This document shows positions 45,601 to 55,964 of a DNA stretch of 64,000 nt, one piece after another. The stretch's first letter is position 1. Every line of letters starts with the position of its first letter. The notes under the pieces are model-generated. The model had not been told where the DNA came from. It did not search any database and worked only from the letters and a program-made list of their open reading frames with translations. The stretch is taken from positions 124,001 to 188,000 of IMG/VR virus record IMGVR_UViG_3300032236_001613. One strand, 5' to 3'. The translations under genes were made by a program, and so were the position numbers.

Positions 45601-47628
45601 ATGTTTAAAAAAATTCTGTTGAGTCCGTGGACTGCACTACTTACACTTTTTTTAGTAGTTGCTGTTAGAGTGGTCGATCCTAGCTTTGTTGAAAGTGTGC
45701 GCCTTAGATATTTTGATACTTTAATTACAAATAAAGCATCTACGGCTAATAATATTTTTACTGTTAATATTGACGAAGCTGCATTAGATCGTTACGGTCA
45801 ATGGCCATTACCTCGCAACGTATATGCTGACATTATACAAGATTTGTATAATCGTCATGCAGGATTAGTTGTATTAGATGTTGTAATGTCTGAAAAAGAT
45901 CGTATGGGCGGCGATTCTGCATTAGCTGATATGATGAAACAGTATCCAGTAGTATTAGCTAACATTCCAGCAGAAAAAACTAAAAACGATCCGCGTGCAC
46001 CCGGAAGTGCAGTAATGGGTGCAGATCATTTAGATCGTATTGTACAATATCCGGGACTAATTGCTAATATTCCTGCATTAGAAGAAAATGCTGTAGGTAT
46101 AGGCAGTGTAAACACTATGCCAGAAATTGATGGAGTTAATCGTCGTGTACCTTTAATTGCTGCAATTAACGGAAAACTATACCCGTCATTAGCCATGGAA
46201 GCACTACGTGTTGCAGGTAATGATACTACATTTCAAGTTAAGCTTAACGAAAATGGTGTAGAGAAAATGCGTATACCTGCATTCGGACCTATCGCAACAG
46301 ATAGCCTAGGACGCATTTGGGTTGACTGGAGTCAACAAAATCGACAGATTTCTATAACAGATTTACCTAAAGACTTTAATGGTGCTGTAGTTATAGTAGG
46401 CCCTACTGCTGCAGGTATTGCTAATCCTGTTCCGACTTCTCGAGGCGCGGTTTATCCTCAAGATATGCAAGCTGCAGTATTAGGTACAATGATAAATGGC
46501 GTAACAATACAAAGACCCGATTATGCAGACGGACTAGAAATCGTTGCTATTTTATTAGCAAGTGTTATACTGTTAATTCTAACAAGGTGGGTTTATGCAG
46601 GATTGGCGGCAGTCGTTATTTTACTGGGTTCAGGAGCTTTTGGCAGTTATTATCTTTTTAGCCATTACCTTTGGCTTTTTGATGCTAGTGCTTTTGTTGC
46701 TGCGATCGTCCTTGTGTCACTCCATGCCTATGGAGTTAAATTCGTTAGTGAATATTTGCAGAAGCAACAAATAAAGAAACAGTTTGGCACATACTTGAGT
46801 CCGGCAATGGTTGAAAAATTACAAAAAAATCCCGAACTATTAAAGTTGGGCGGTGAATCACGCGAACTTAGTATTATGTTTACGGACGTTCGAGGATTTA
46901 CAGGAATTAGCGAACACTATGGCAAGGATGTACAGGGACTTACTAAGATTATGAATCGCTATATGACTGCCATGACTGCAAAAATCATAGAGAATGAAGG
47001 TACACTAGATAAGTACATTGGTGATGCACAAATGGCATTCTGGAACGCACCGTTAGACGATGCTGCCCACGCTAAACATGCTGTAAAAACTGCATTAGCT
47101 ATGTTAAAAGATTTGGAGAATTTTAATGCAGAAATCGCTAAAGAAGGTGTTCCAGAGTTTGGAATGGGGCTTGGCATTAACACTGATACTGTCGTGGTTG
47201 GCAATATGGGGAGTAGTCAGCGTTTTGATTATACTTGTCTTGGGGACGGCGTTAATCTTGCGAGTCGTTTGGAAGGACAAAGTAAGCCCTATGGTGTCAA
47301 GATTATTCTCGGGCCGAAAACAGCAGAATATGTAATGGACGAATATCCTTTAATCGAATTAGATTTAATTGCTGTTAAAGGTAAAAAAGAACCTGTTAAG
47401 ATCTATACTGTAGCACCGATTGACGATGCTATGGCTTGGCTATTACACGAAAAGTTCTTAGATGCCTACAGAGACGGTATGTGGGTAGGTGCACGTTTCT
47501 ATGCTGAAGAATTGCGTGACAAAGGATGGAATGGCGAGATGTACAAGTATTACGAAATGATGCTAGAGCGTATGCAAGGAGAAGTTCCGTTAGATTGGGA
47601 CGGTGTATTTAGAGCCACTAGCAAATAA
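45601..47628 (+). CDS. CHASE2-domain class III adenylate/guanylate cyclase
   Basis: YGQWPLPR, DGVNRR (CHASE2); transmembrane helices; MFTDVRGFT, DKYIGDAQMAFW, GDGVNLASRLE. Confidence 0.93.
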   Translation: MFKKILLSPWTALLTLFLVVAVRVVDPSFVESVRLRYFDTLITNKASTANNIFTVNIDEAALDRYGQWPLPRNVYADIIQDLYNRHAGLVVLDVVMSEKDRMGGDSALADMMKQYPVVLANIPAEKTKNDPRAPGSAVMGADHLDRIVQYPGLIANIPALEENAVGIGSVNTMPEIDGVNRRVPLIAAINGKLYPSLAMEALRVAGNDTTFQVKLNENGVEKMRIPAFGPIATDSLGRIWVDWSQQNRQISITDLPKDFNGAVVIVGPTAAGIANPVPTSRGAVYPQDMQAAVLGTMINGVTIQRPDYADGLEIVAILLASVILLILTRWVYAGLAAVVILLGSGAFGSYYLFSHYLWLFDASAFVAAIVLVSLHAYGVKFVSEYLQKQQIKKQFGTYLSPAMVEKLQKNPELLKLGGESRELSIMFTDVRGFTGISEHYGKDVQGLTKIMNRYMTAMTAKIIENEGTLDKYIGDAQMAFWNAPLDDAAHAKHAVKTALAMLKDLENFNAEIAKEGVPEFGMGLGINTDTVVVGNMGSSQRFDYTCLGDGVNLASRLEGQSKPYGVKIILGPKTAEYVMDEYPLIELDLIAVKGKKEPVKIYTVAPIDDAMAWLLHEKFLDAYRDGMWVGARFYAEELRDKGWNGEMYKYYEMMLERMQGEVPLDWDGVFRATSK

Positions 47629-47630
47629 TA

Positions 47631-47954
47631 TTACCAAGGCAATGGAGTTGTTATCACCGGATTTATTAATGAAGATATCTTACTTTGCACTGTAGATTCT
47701 GTAGATACTTTGTCGATATTATTCCACACCCATCCTAAAACAATATCCGGAGTCAATAAATCGTATGGTATATAAGTATCAGGTTGGTAAGCAATATTAC
47801 ACGATCCTTCATGATCGGCACTAACTGTGTTACCATTGTTATCTGTATCAATACCGTAGCAATTCCAGTAAACAGTATAAACAATATTTGGACGATCGCC
47901 TATTAAAGGAAAAGATTCCATACTTCTAATAATCCAATTAAATGTCGCAGCCAT
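47631..47954 (-). CDS. Hypothetical phage protein
   Basis: 107 aa with YIPYDLLT..VLGWV and TTPLPW, common near tail-fibre genes. Confidence 0.5.
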   Translation of the reverse strand: MAATFNWIIRSMESFPLIGDRPNIVYTVYWNCYGIDTDNNGNTVSADHEGSCNIAYQPDTYIPYDLLTPDIVLGWVWNNIDKVSTESTVQSKISSLINPVITTPLPW

Positions 47955-47965
47955 AATTAACTACC

Positions 47966-48289
47966 TTATGATTCACCAGCCGATGCTGTATTGTCGTCTT
48001 CCGACTTCTTAATTTTATTTATTGTCTGCTCAGCTTCAACTCGTTCTCTCTCAATGGTTTTTCCACGTAAATGTAGAACAGTAGTTACTTTTTGATTTAA
48101 TCTAATTAAATCGTTATCGAGCATACGTATACGATCTATTAATGCAATAAGAACAGTATTTGATTCGCTTAATACTGGCTTAATTTCTTTGGTAGCCCAC
48201 TCCCATACATAATAGATTAAATATCCCATACCTCCTGCAGCTACAACAGGAAACCCATACTTATTAATTAAATCAACAACGTCAGACAT
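47966..48289 (-). CDS. Small membrane protein (paralog of 49609-49890)
   Basis: LINKYGFPVVAAGGMGY...DRIRMLDNDLIRL. Confidence 0.6.
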   Translation of the reverse strand: MSDVVDLINKYGFPVVAAGGMGYLIYYVWEWATKEIKPVLSESNTVLIALIDRIRMLDNDLIRLNQKVTTVLHLRGKTIERERVEAEQTINKIKKSEDDNTASAGES

Positions 48290-48291
48290 GC

Positions 48292-48483
48292 TTAAGCATA
48301 CATATCATCTGAATCGCTGCTCGATTGATGATGTACTAATTCTCCCATTTCGTTAAACACTTTAGCAGAATGATGTTTTCTACCGTTTAAAAAACCTAAA
48401 GCTTCTTCTAAAGTATTAAAAATATACTCTCTGGCTCTTAAGGTTCCAGAAAACCAATTGTGTGTTTTAACTTTGTGTTTCAT
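48292..48483 (-). CDS. Small hypothetical protein
   Basis: 63-aa ORF packed in the operon with a GGAG SD. Confidence 0.5.
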   Translation of the reverse strand: MKHKVKTHNWFSGTLRAREYIFNTLEEALGFLNGRKHHSAKVFNEMGELVHHQSSSDSDDMYA

Positions 48484-48484
48484 T

Positions 48485-49543
48485 CTACTCTCCGGAAAAG
48501 ATAGAAACCCATAGTTTTTGGGTTTCTTTGGTATATTTAGTTAAATTTCGCTGATTTAACATAACGTTAACACTGGGATTTAGATAAGTACGGTGTATGA
48601 TATCAGCTATCTGATCGCTATCTGTAGGATCGCAGTTAAAAAATCTAGTTGACCAAGGTATTTCTTTAGATCCAACAATAGGTACACCTTGACTAATTAA
48701 ATCGGCACTTACAATATTAAATGTTTCGCTAAAATTACATTGTAAACCAATATCCATATCAGCACAAATTTTGAGAAACTCTTCTCTAGGAGTCCATTCG
48801 TGTATTATTAATTGGTGTCCTTGATCGTTAAGATGTTGAAATAATGCTTTTAGATTATTCATTACAGGATCGCCCTTCATTTCGATGCGCCCGCCATTGA
48901 TATGAAATCTTAATTGTTTACCAATTTGATTAGCAAATTTTAAAGCAGCGAACGCTTGTAATAAATGATTTTTTAACGGACGAACTGCTCCAAAGCACGC
49001 AATGTCTACCCAATATTTGTTATTATTATATTTTTTAATTTTATAATCTGATGGGTAATAATTTGGCATATAAAAAACTCTTTGTTTAGTTTCTTCGTCG
49101 GACCACTGTTGTGTTGTTTTTAAGTATTCTCTAATTTCTCCTAACATCCTCGGAGCATTAATTCCTATATCGATGTTATTATATGTTACATAATCACCAA
49201 TCCAGTTCATAGCCATACCTTCGCCGGCCATAAAAGGCATTTCGCTATGTAATCTAATAATCCATCTCACCTTAGGGTGTAATTTATTAAGAACTGCAAA
49301 TTTTGTAGGTACTACCCAAAGTGCTTCGATAATAACATGAGTAGGACGGTGTTTTGTTACTAAACGATCAATGCAATTATTATCTATCGCTACTTCTAAC
49401 GCAGATTCAATTCCTGCATTTAGTAACATCTCGTGCATAAAATTAGCCGAATTATACAATCCTGTACTAAGGCCTATAGGACTATGGGCAATAGGATTAT
49501 AGTCCTCTCGTCTTTTGAGAATGAATAATACTTTTTTTGACAT
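48485..49543 (-). CDS. Glycosyltransferase (GT-B/GT4-like)
   Basis: RPLKNH, SETFNIVSADLISQGVPIVGS. Confidence 0.75.
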   Translation of the reverse strand: MSKKVLFILKRREDYNPIAHSPIGLSTGLYNSANFMHEMLLNAGIESALEVAIDNNCIDRLVTKHRPTHVIIEALWVVPTKFAVLNKLHPKVRWIIRLHSEMPFMAGEGMAMNWIGDYVTYNNIDIGINAPRMLGEIREYLKTTQQWSDEETKQRVFYMPNYYPSDYKIKKYNNNKYWVDIACFGAVRPLKNHLLQAFAALKFANQIGKQLRFHINGGRIEMKGDPVMNNLKALFQHLNDQGHQLIIHEWTPREEFLKICADMDIGLQCNFSETFNIVSADLISQGVPIVGSKEIPWSTRFFNCDPTDSDQIADIIHRTYLNPSVNVMLNQRNLTKYTKETQKLWVSIFSGE

Positions 49544-49568
49544 TGGAAATCTCTCGTTTATGTACCGA

Positions 49569-49576
49569 TATTTATA
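49569..49576 (-). promoter_or_regulatory. T4-like late promoter TATAAATA (minus strand)
   Basis: TATTTATA on the plus strand, upstream of the 49543 start. Confidence 0.5.
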
Positions 49577-49608
49577 TACGTATATATTAAATATTTGTTA
49601 CTTTGGAA

Positions 49609-49890
49609 TCAATCTCTTCTAGCATCATTTTTGCCATCGGCTCTAGCAATACGGTCAACATCGGGTCTTAAGCCAAGAGCATTTGAAACAATTGTGTCTA
49701 TTCTAATAACATCATGATTCATAGTTTTAACACGATTATCGAGAGCAGTAATTATACCTTTCATACCATTAACGCTACTAGTAACTCCAGCTAAGATAAA
49801 TTTTAATGTTAGAAATACAAAATAACCACCGGCACACGCTGCTGCTATCGGAAAACCTAACTGTGCTACTAAATTAAAAAATTGATCCAT
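49609..49890 (-). CDS. Small membrane protein (paralog of 47966-48289)
   Basis: LVAQLGFPIAAACAGGY...DNRVKTMNHDVIRI; AGGAG SD. Confidence 0.6.
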   Translation of the reverse strand: MDQFFNLVAQLGFPIAAACAGGYFVFLTLKFILAGVTSSVNGMKGIITALDNRVKTMNHDVIRIDTIVSNALGLRPDVDRIARADGKNDARRD

Positions 49891-49936
49891 AACTGCTCCT
49901 TATAATATATTTAAAAAGAAGCAGTTATAGGTAATA

Positions 49937-50398
49937 CTAGCCGTTAACTATTTTTTTAATTTTTTCTACATAATCACTGCATATTCCGTAACAATTTGTA
50001 TTGAGATCTTTAAACTCCAAATCATGCCATTCGGGCAACACACTAATACTTATACTAGTTAATTCTTTACCAGGAAAAGTCCATATAAAATTATTACTTG
50101 TAAGAACAAAGTCATCATTTTGATGCCAAAAGTATTTGTAAATTGTAGTAGAAGTTAGCCAACGTAATGCTGCTAAATTTTTAGCATGTATCCAAAGACT
50201 TAAGTTATTATTTTTTAAAAAGTCTTCTTTAATTAAGTACTGGGGGTTGTCGTGCCCTAACCACAATTCTGAATTAACAATCCATAAATCAATTTCGCAA
50301 TCGTAACCTTGATTAATTGCATCGAGTATTTGTTTAGGATCATTTTCTATTTGTTTATTAGGACCTTGAGTAAGTCCTCTATGTGCTATTAATTTCAT
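49937..50398 (-). CDS. Glycerophosphodiester phosphodiesterase-like protein
   Basis: LIAHRG, EN, CEIDLW, LGHD, GICSDY. Confidence 0.75.
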   Translation of the reverse strand: MKLIAHRGLTQGPNKQIENDPKQILDAINQGYDCEIDLWIVNSELWLGHDNPQYLIKEDFLKNNNLSLWIHAKNLAALRWLTSTTIYKYFWHQNDDFVLTSNNFIWTFPGKELTSISISVLPEWHDLEFKDLNTNCYGICSDYVEKIKKIVNG

Positions 50399-50400
50399 TT

Positions 50401-51021
50401 TTATCTCTTTTTAAAATAAACGTTTACTTCGTTTGCCCACATATCGTTGCTTAGAATTCCTGTAATTTCGAATCCTTTGCTAATTAAAAAATCTACCATT
50501 TCTTGTATGGTATGATTTTCTTTATATAATTTTACATCATTGTCACGAGCACATTCGACTACGCCCTCTTTTATTAGATGTACTAAATCACCCATGCCTT
50601 GTAGAACTTTTAGATCAGTACCTTGAGTATCACAATGAAAATAATCTATTTTATCGATATTAATTTTATTAAGTTGATACCATGTATCAAATCTTAAAAC
50701 TTGAACTTGAATTTTATGAGTTACTTTAAAATCTTCTCTACCCGGCCATGTTTGATTTAAATTATCAGAAAATGTATTAAGAGAGCTACACCCCCAATTT
50801 TCTTGCCCTGCAACATTAAATTGAGCTATACCATTAAAGTCGCTTAATGCAACAGGTATTACATGATATCGATCTGAATAAGTTTTACTTTTTTCATTTA
50901 AATGAACAACCATTTCTGGCGTTGGTTCAAATGCCCATGTTATTATATTTTGATCACTCTGTGTTCTACTTAAACTATCATCTCCCCAATTCGCACCAAT
51001 GTCAAATAAAATGTATGTCAT
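50401..51021 (-). CDS. FkbM-family methyltransferase
   Basis: FDIGANWG, AFEP, VALSD, HCDTQGTD. Confidence 0.85.
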   Translation of the reverse strand: MTYILFDIGANWGDDSLSRTQSDQNIITWAFEPTPEMVVHLNEKSKTYSDRYHVIPVALSDFNGIAQFNVAGQENWGCSSLNTFSDNLNQTWPGREDFKVTHKIQVQVLRFDTWYQLNKINIDKIDYFHCDTQGTDLKVLQGMGDLVHLIKEGVVECARDNDVKLYKENHTIQEMVDFLISKGFEITGILSNDMWANEVNVYFKKR

Positions 51022-52394
51022 ATATTTTTTCTTTTATTAGTTAAAAAATGATTCAAATCTTCCGGAGTTCCTATTCCCCACATATTTTCTACCTGCTTAA
51101 TTCTTATTTTTTTACCATCTGCAATAGCTTCGTTATATACCGGACATACATAAAATTCGTTATTAACTCTAATATTTTTGTTAATCATCGATTCTGCATA
51201 TCTAACATAATCAGACCCTTTACTCCAATAGTAAATTCCTACAGTAGCATTATTACTAATAACCTTTTTCTCTGCAACTTCTGCAACAAACCCATCGTCG
51301 CCTATACGTGCATAACTCCATTTAGGATGATGTGCATTAAATGTTAATATACCTCCGTCAATATTTTCTGCTGAAAATGCATAAACGCATTCATTGCTAT
51401 TCCACTCAATATATTGATCGCTATTAGCAATTATTAGTGGTTCGTTATTGTTTATAAATTCTTTAGCAAGTAAAGTAGTACAAGCTGCTCCTTCGGTAAT
51501 TCCGTCTATTTGTACAATGTCACAATTAGGAGCAATTAGATTTAATAGATATTTAAGATTATATTTCTCATAATGATCTTTTTGTACTATAAAAATGTAA
51601 TGTGCTTCTATGTTTAAATTATCTACTACTACTTCGATCATAGGTTTTCCTTCGACTTCGATCAAAGGTTTAGGAAATGTATATCCTGCTTGAGCAAATC
51701 GACTACCAGCTCCGGCCATAGGAATTAACACATTCATTTTTTTATTTCTCCAAGGAATTTTTTTATGTGCGACTCCATTTAAAATATCAACAGCCTCGTT
51801 AATTTTATCTTCCGTTAAATCAAAACTATCTTTTACAGGTAAAAGATGAGCTCCGCTATCTATAGCACCTTGTCGACCTATATGACTGTCTTCAATAATT
51901 ACAGTATTTTTGGGTAAACAATTCATTGCAGTCATACATTTCCAATACATTTCAGGAAATGGTTTAGTTCTTTTTACATCTTCGTTACTTACAAAATAGT
52001 CTACATAAGGTAAAACGCCAATACTAATTAATGATAGCTTAACTGTTTCTCTAATGCTATTACTAGCAACTGCAATTTTAATTCCTTGAGAAGATAGATT
52101 AGAAAAGATTTTAATTAATTTCTCGTCTTTAGGAAAGTTACGTATAAGATCAAGAGTAGCAAGTTGCTTATCTTGCCAAACTTGATTAAATAGATTTCTA
52201 TTTAATCCTTTCTTCTCGGAAAGCAATTCTAATTTACGTGTAGTATTAAGTCCATCGTATATGCTTAAATGCTCTTCTCTCGAAATTACATATTCTGTGC
52301 CGACTTTTTCTAATGCAGTATTAAGTGCATTGTAATGTAGTTCTCTACTTTCAATTAATACTCCGTCGAGGTCAAATATGATCAGTTTATTCAT
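51018..52394 (-). CDS. HAD phosphatase fused to a sugar nucleotidyltransferase-like domain
   Basis: IFDLDGVL, KPFPEMY, IEDS; then LIPMAGAGSRF..PKPLI, EKKVIS, GIGTPEDL. Confidence 0.88.
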   Translation of the reverse strand: MNKLIIFDLDGVLIESRELHYNALNTALEKVGTEYVISREEHLSIYDGLNTTRKLELLSEKKGLNRNLFNQVWQDKQLATLDLIRNFPKDEKLIKIFSNLSSQGIKIAVASNSIRETVKLSLISIGVLPYVDYFVSNEDVKRTKPFPEMYWKCMTAMNCLPKNTVIIEDSHIGRQGAIDSGAHLLPVKDSFDLTEDKINEAVDILNGVAHKKIPWRNKKMNVLIPMAGAGSRFAQAGYTFPKPLIEVEGKPMIEVVVDNLNIEAHYIFIVQKDHYEKYNLKYLLNLIAPNCDIVQIDGITEGAACTTLLAKEFINNNEPLIIANSDQYIEWNSNECVYAFSAENIDGGILTFNAHHPKWSYARIGDDGFVAEVAEKKVISNNATVGIYYWSKGSDYVRYAESMINKNIRVNNEFYVCPVYNEAIADGKKIRIKQVENMWGIGTPEDLNHFLTNKRKNI

Positions 52395-52483
52395 ATAGGA
52401 ATTATTTATAAATCTAATTTTTTATTCTAAAAAATATGAGTGGAACTCTTAGTTGAGTAAATAGTACTATTAAAGGAAAATAT

Positions 52484-53200
52484 ATGAATTTTGTTGTTGT
52501 TAGTATTAACGATGATGGGTATAGTTCTCTAGCTGATATTACATGGGAACAAAATAAAATAATTTATGCTAATTTACACAACTATAGTTATATATCTAAA
52601 AATGATGGGTTCTATGGAGTTCATATGGGTTTTGAAAAGTTTCTTTTTATTAGAGATATTTTTAATCATTATCCAGAGATAGATTGGGCATGGTTTAGTG
52701 ATACAGATGCAATGATAACTAATATGTCTTGCAAACTTGAAAACAAGATCGATACCGATTATCATTTTATAATTTCTACTGATTGTCACGGTATAAACAC
52801 AGGTAGTTTTTTGATACGCAACAGTAAAGAAGGAAATGATTTTTTAAATACAATTATAGAATTAAATCCTGATTATAATGAATTTTGGGATGCAGAACAA
52901 CGAGTAATTGCAAATATGTTAGGGTTTCCTGGTACTAACGACACTTCATGGAAAGAAATTTATTCTATGGAGATAAAAACAAAATGGAAATCATTAGTTA
53001 AGATTGTTCCTCAAAAAGAATTAAATTCTTATAATACTGAGATCTATCCTCATCAATCGAATTTAGACAAACTTGGCACTAGTGCAAACTGGTCACCAGA
53101 GGATTTATTAATACACTGGCCCGGTCTTTCTTTACCACAAAGAATGGATTTAGCTAAATATTACATGCAGTTTGCAAACAACAGTATACCTACCAAATAA
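52484..53200 (+). CDS. Glycosyltransferase, GT34/MNN10-like
   Basis: WFSDTDAMITN, INTGSFLIRN, DAEQ, IHWPG. Confidence 0.75.
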   Translation: MNFVVVSINDDGYSSLADITWEQNKIIYANLHNYSYISKNDGFYGVHMGFEKFLFIRDIFNHYPEIDWAWFSDTDAMITNMSCKLENKIDTDYHFIISTDCHGINTGSFLIRNSKEGNDFLNTIIELNPDYNEFWDAEQRVIANMLGFPGTNDTSWKEIYSMEIKTKWKSLVKIVPQKELNSYNTEIYPHQSNLDKLGTSANWSPEDLLIHWPGLSLPQRMDLAKYYMQFANNSIPTK

Positions 53201-54131
53201 AATTATTTTTGTAGTATTCAACAATTTTATCTAATTCCTGGTTAAAGTTTGCTTTCGGAATCCATCCTAATTTTCTTAGTTTGCTATCGTCAATCGCATA
53301 TCTAACATCTTGACCAGGTCGATTAAGTTCTTCGATATAATTTTCGTAATCCTCGATATTATCGTACTTCTTAAGTATACTTTTTACTACAGTTAAATTA
53401 TCTATTTCGTAATTTCCTGATATGTTATAAATTTCATTAATTACTCTGCTGTTAATAATTGTTAAAATAGCGTTCGCTGTATCACTTACATGTAACCATG
53501 TTCTACGAGGTGTTCCTTTATTGTGCAAATCAACTTTACGATTAATAGACATATACTTAACTGTTTTAGGAATAAGTTTTTCTACATATTGACCAATACC
53601 ATAATTGTTAGTAGGTCTTACAATAATATAAGGAACTCGATAAGTTCGAGCCCACGCTAAAATCAACATATCTGCTGCAGCCTTAGTAGCAGAATAAGGA
53701 TTGCTTGGTTTAAGTAAATCTGATTCAGAGTGAAATCCTTCAACTATATCGCCATATACTTCGTCAGTTGAAAAATGAAGTAAGATGGGAGTCTTATATA
53801 GTCCTTTAGATCTAATTAATTTTAATAGATGATGCACACCATTTACGTTACTTTTCAAGAAAACATCACTGTCAACAATACTGTTGTCAACATGTGTTTC
53901 AGCTGCAGTATTAATAATATAGTCACAATCGTAAAGACGATCTAGATCATTTATATCAGATTGGATAAATTTAAAATTACTATTTGAATTAAACTCATCG
54001 AGAAATTTTATATTACTAGCATAGGTAAGTTTGTCTACACCAATAACGTACCAACCTGCAGCTAAACATGCTCGGGTAACATGCAACCCAATGAGTCCTA
54101 AACATCCAGTTACATAAACTATTTTTTTCAT
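53190..54131 (-). CDS. dTDP-glucose 4,6-dehydratase-like NAD-dependent enzyme
   Basis: DKLTYAS, AAETHVDNS, STDEVYG, YSATK, RPTNNYG, RPGQDVRY. Confidence 0.9.
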   Translation of the reverse strand: MKKIVYVTGCLGLIGLHVTRACLAAGWYVIGVDKLTYASNIKFLDEFNSNSNFKFIQSDINDLDRLYDCDYIINTAAETHVDNSIVDSDVFLKSNVNGVHHLLKLIRSKGLYKTPILLHFSTDEVYGDIVEGFHSESDLLKPSNPYSATKAAADMLILAWARTYRVPYIIVRPTNNYGIGQYVEKLIPKTVKYMSINRKVDLHNKGTPRRTWLHVSDTANAILTIINSRVINEIYNISGNYEIDNLTVVKSILKKYDNIEDYENYIEELNRPGQDVRYAIDDSKLRKLGWIPKANFNQELDKIVEYYKNNFIW

Positions 54132-54135
54132 ATTA

Positions 54136-55059
54136 TTAATTGCTCTTAAAAATGTATTTTTGGAAACGATCTAAATTATCTACTAGATATTTAGGATGGT
54201 TTGGTTGAGTAACAGAAACAAGAGATTTAGGTATTGAAATATCAAAAACTCTAAATAACCATTCCATTGCTTCTTCTTTTGAAAATTCGGATATCTTTTT
54301 TCCTGTATCTGTTAGATCATTAGAATGACCCCAACTTTGACATTTTCTAAGAACAAGATCTCCGTCGGTATCATCCATATAAGTATAATGCCATCCGCCG
54401 TCTCTTACATCTTCGTGTGTACTAACATTCGATTGTCTAAGCGTAGTAGGAAATATTTTTTTTAAAAGTCCTAATTCTGTTAAAGCCGCTCCACATCTAG
54501 CCTTATTTTTTAAAATATTTATTTTATAAAAATACGAATACATCTCAAAAAACACATAAGGACGAATATTATTATATACTACTCGATTATCCCATCCGCA
54601 TACTGCATCAAATAAAGAATTTTTATCATTAAATATTTCTTTTGCAGTATAAAAAGCACTTTCGCTAACAATTTCGTCAAGGCAGGTAATTAAAATAAGA
54701 TCGTCGTCTTTAGCCCCTAAATCCATTAATACTTTAATTATATAATTAGCTTGAAAATGATCTCTTTGCCAATCTTGAGGTGTTTGATTTGGACGGTTAT
54801 AATGAACTCTTGCAAACTCATCTAGTAACCACGGATATTTCGGCATTTCTTCGGTAAAAGAGTCAAAATTTACATAAACAATTTTTTCTTTATAAGGTTC
54901 AAATCTTTTATGATCAAAATTAAAAGATTTTTTGTTTCCTGTATGCGTTTCACCTGCTTCTACAAGAATAAATTTATCAACAAAATTCCATTGTTCATTT
55001 AATTTTATTTCAAAAATATCGTTTTCATTAAAGAACATAGAACACGAATAAACAGACAT
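54136..55059 (-). CDS. GT17 (MGAT3-like) glycosyltransferase
   Basis: FFNENDI..VDKFILVEA..THTG, DLILITCLDEI, GGWHYTY. Confidence 0.75.
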   Translation of the reverse strand: MSVYSCSMFFNENDIFEIKLNEQWNFVDKFILVEAGETHTGNKKSFNFDHKRFEPYKEKIVYVNFDSFTEEMPKYPWLLDEFARVHYNRPNQTPQDWQRDHFQANYIIKVLMDLGAKDDDLILITCLDEIVSESAFYTAKEIFNDKNSLFDAVCGWDNRVVYNNIRPYVFFEMYSYFYKINILKNKARCGAALTELGLLKKIFPTTLRQSNVSTHEDVRDGGWHYTYMDDTDGDLVLRKCQSWGHSNDLTDTGKKISEFSKEEAMEWLFRVFDISIPKSLVSVTQPNHPKYLVDNLDRFQKYIFKSN

Positions 55060-55073
55060 TTATAATTTCCTTT

Positions 55074-55964
55074 TTAATTTTTATAAACAAATTTTTGTAA
55101 TTTATCTAAGTTATCTATAATATATTGCGGATGTGTATCAGCACTGATATCAACTATTGTATGAGGATAATGTTCAAGTAATTGTTGCACTGCAATTTCT
55201 TTAGTTTTATTTTCAAAATATACATTAGATCGCCCTGAAAATTTATCTCTTGAATGAGCCCAACTACGCTGTTTTTCTAAAACTAATTCACCACTAGTAC
55301 CATCTAAAAATGTAAAATGCCATCCACCGTTAGTAATGTGTGGATGCGTCGACAAAGATAAATCTCTTATAGTAGTAGGAAGTAGTTTTTTAAAGTTTCC
55401 AAATTCTGTAATTAATCCTGCAACATGCTCTGTCCAATGTTTATGCAACAAATTAAATTTATAAACATAAAGATAATAGTGAAATCCAAATATTGGTCTA
55501 AATCCTCTATAATCAACACCGGGTTGTTGAAATCTAATTAAACTCTCATCAAAGGCCGATTTTTTAATAATTTCATCTAAACATGAAATATAAACAATAT
55601 CGTTATCGTTAGCTTCTAAATCCCTCATAACTTTAAAAAGATAATTGGCTTGAAAATGGTCTCTTATCCAATCATCATTCTCGACATGAGGACCACGATC
55701 TCTAACACAATATTCATCGAGCAACTCTGGATATTTGTTTATTTCATCTTGAAAATTTTCAAAAGTTACATAAATTAATTTTTCAGAATATTTCTCAAAT
55801 CTTTTTTGATCAAAATTAAACTTATCTTTTTTTCTTCCTGTATGTGTTTCGCCCGCCTCGACTACAATAAATCGGTCAACAAACTCCCAATGAGAATTAA
55901 TTCTTATTTCATATAAATCGTTTTCGTTATGAAACATGCAACAATCAAATACAGTCATTTGCAT
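55074..55964 (-). CDS. GT17 (MGAT3-like) glycosyltransferase, tandem paralog
   Basis: MFHNEND..VDRFIVVEA..THTG, ISCLDEI, GGWHFTF. Confidence 0.75.
   Translation of the reverse strand: MQMTVFDCCMFHNENDLYEIRINSHWEFVDRFIVVEAGETHTGRKKDKFNFDQKRFEKYSEKLIYVTFENFQDEINKYPELLDEYCVRDRGPHVENDDWIRDHFQANYLFKVMRDLEANDNDIVYISCLDEIIKKSAFDESLIRFQQPGVDYRGFRPIFGFHYYLYVYKFNLLHKHWTEHVAGLITEFGNFKKLLPTTIRDLSLSTHPHITNGGWHFTFLDGTSGELVLEKQRSWAHSRDKFSGRSNVYFENKTKEIAVQQLLEHYPHTIVDISADTHPQYIIDNLDKLQKFVYKN

Noticed and set aside
49568-49594. AT-rich palindrome TATATACGTATATA with inverted TAAATA
   Set aside because: Low complexity; easily arises by chance in AT-rich DNA, beyond the minus-strand late promoter already noted.
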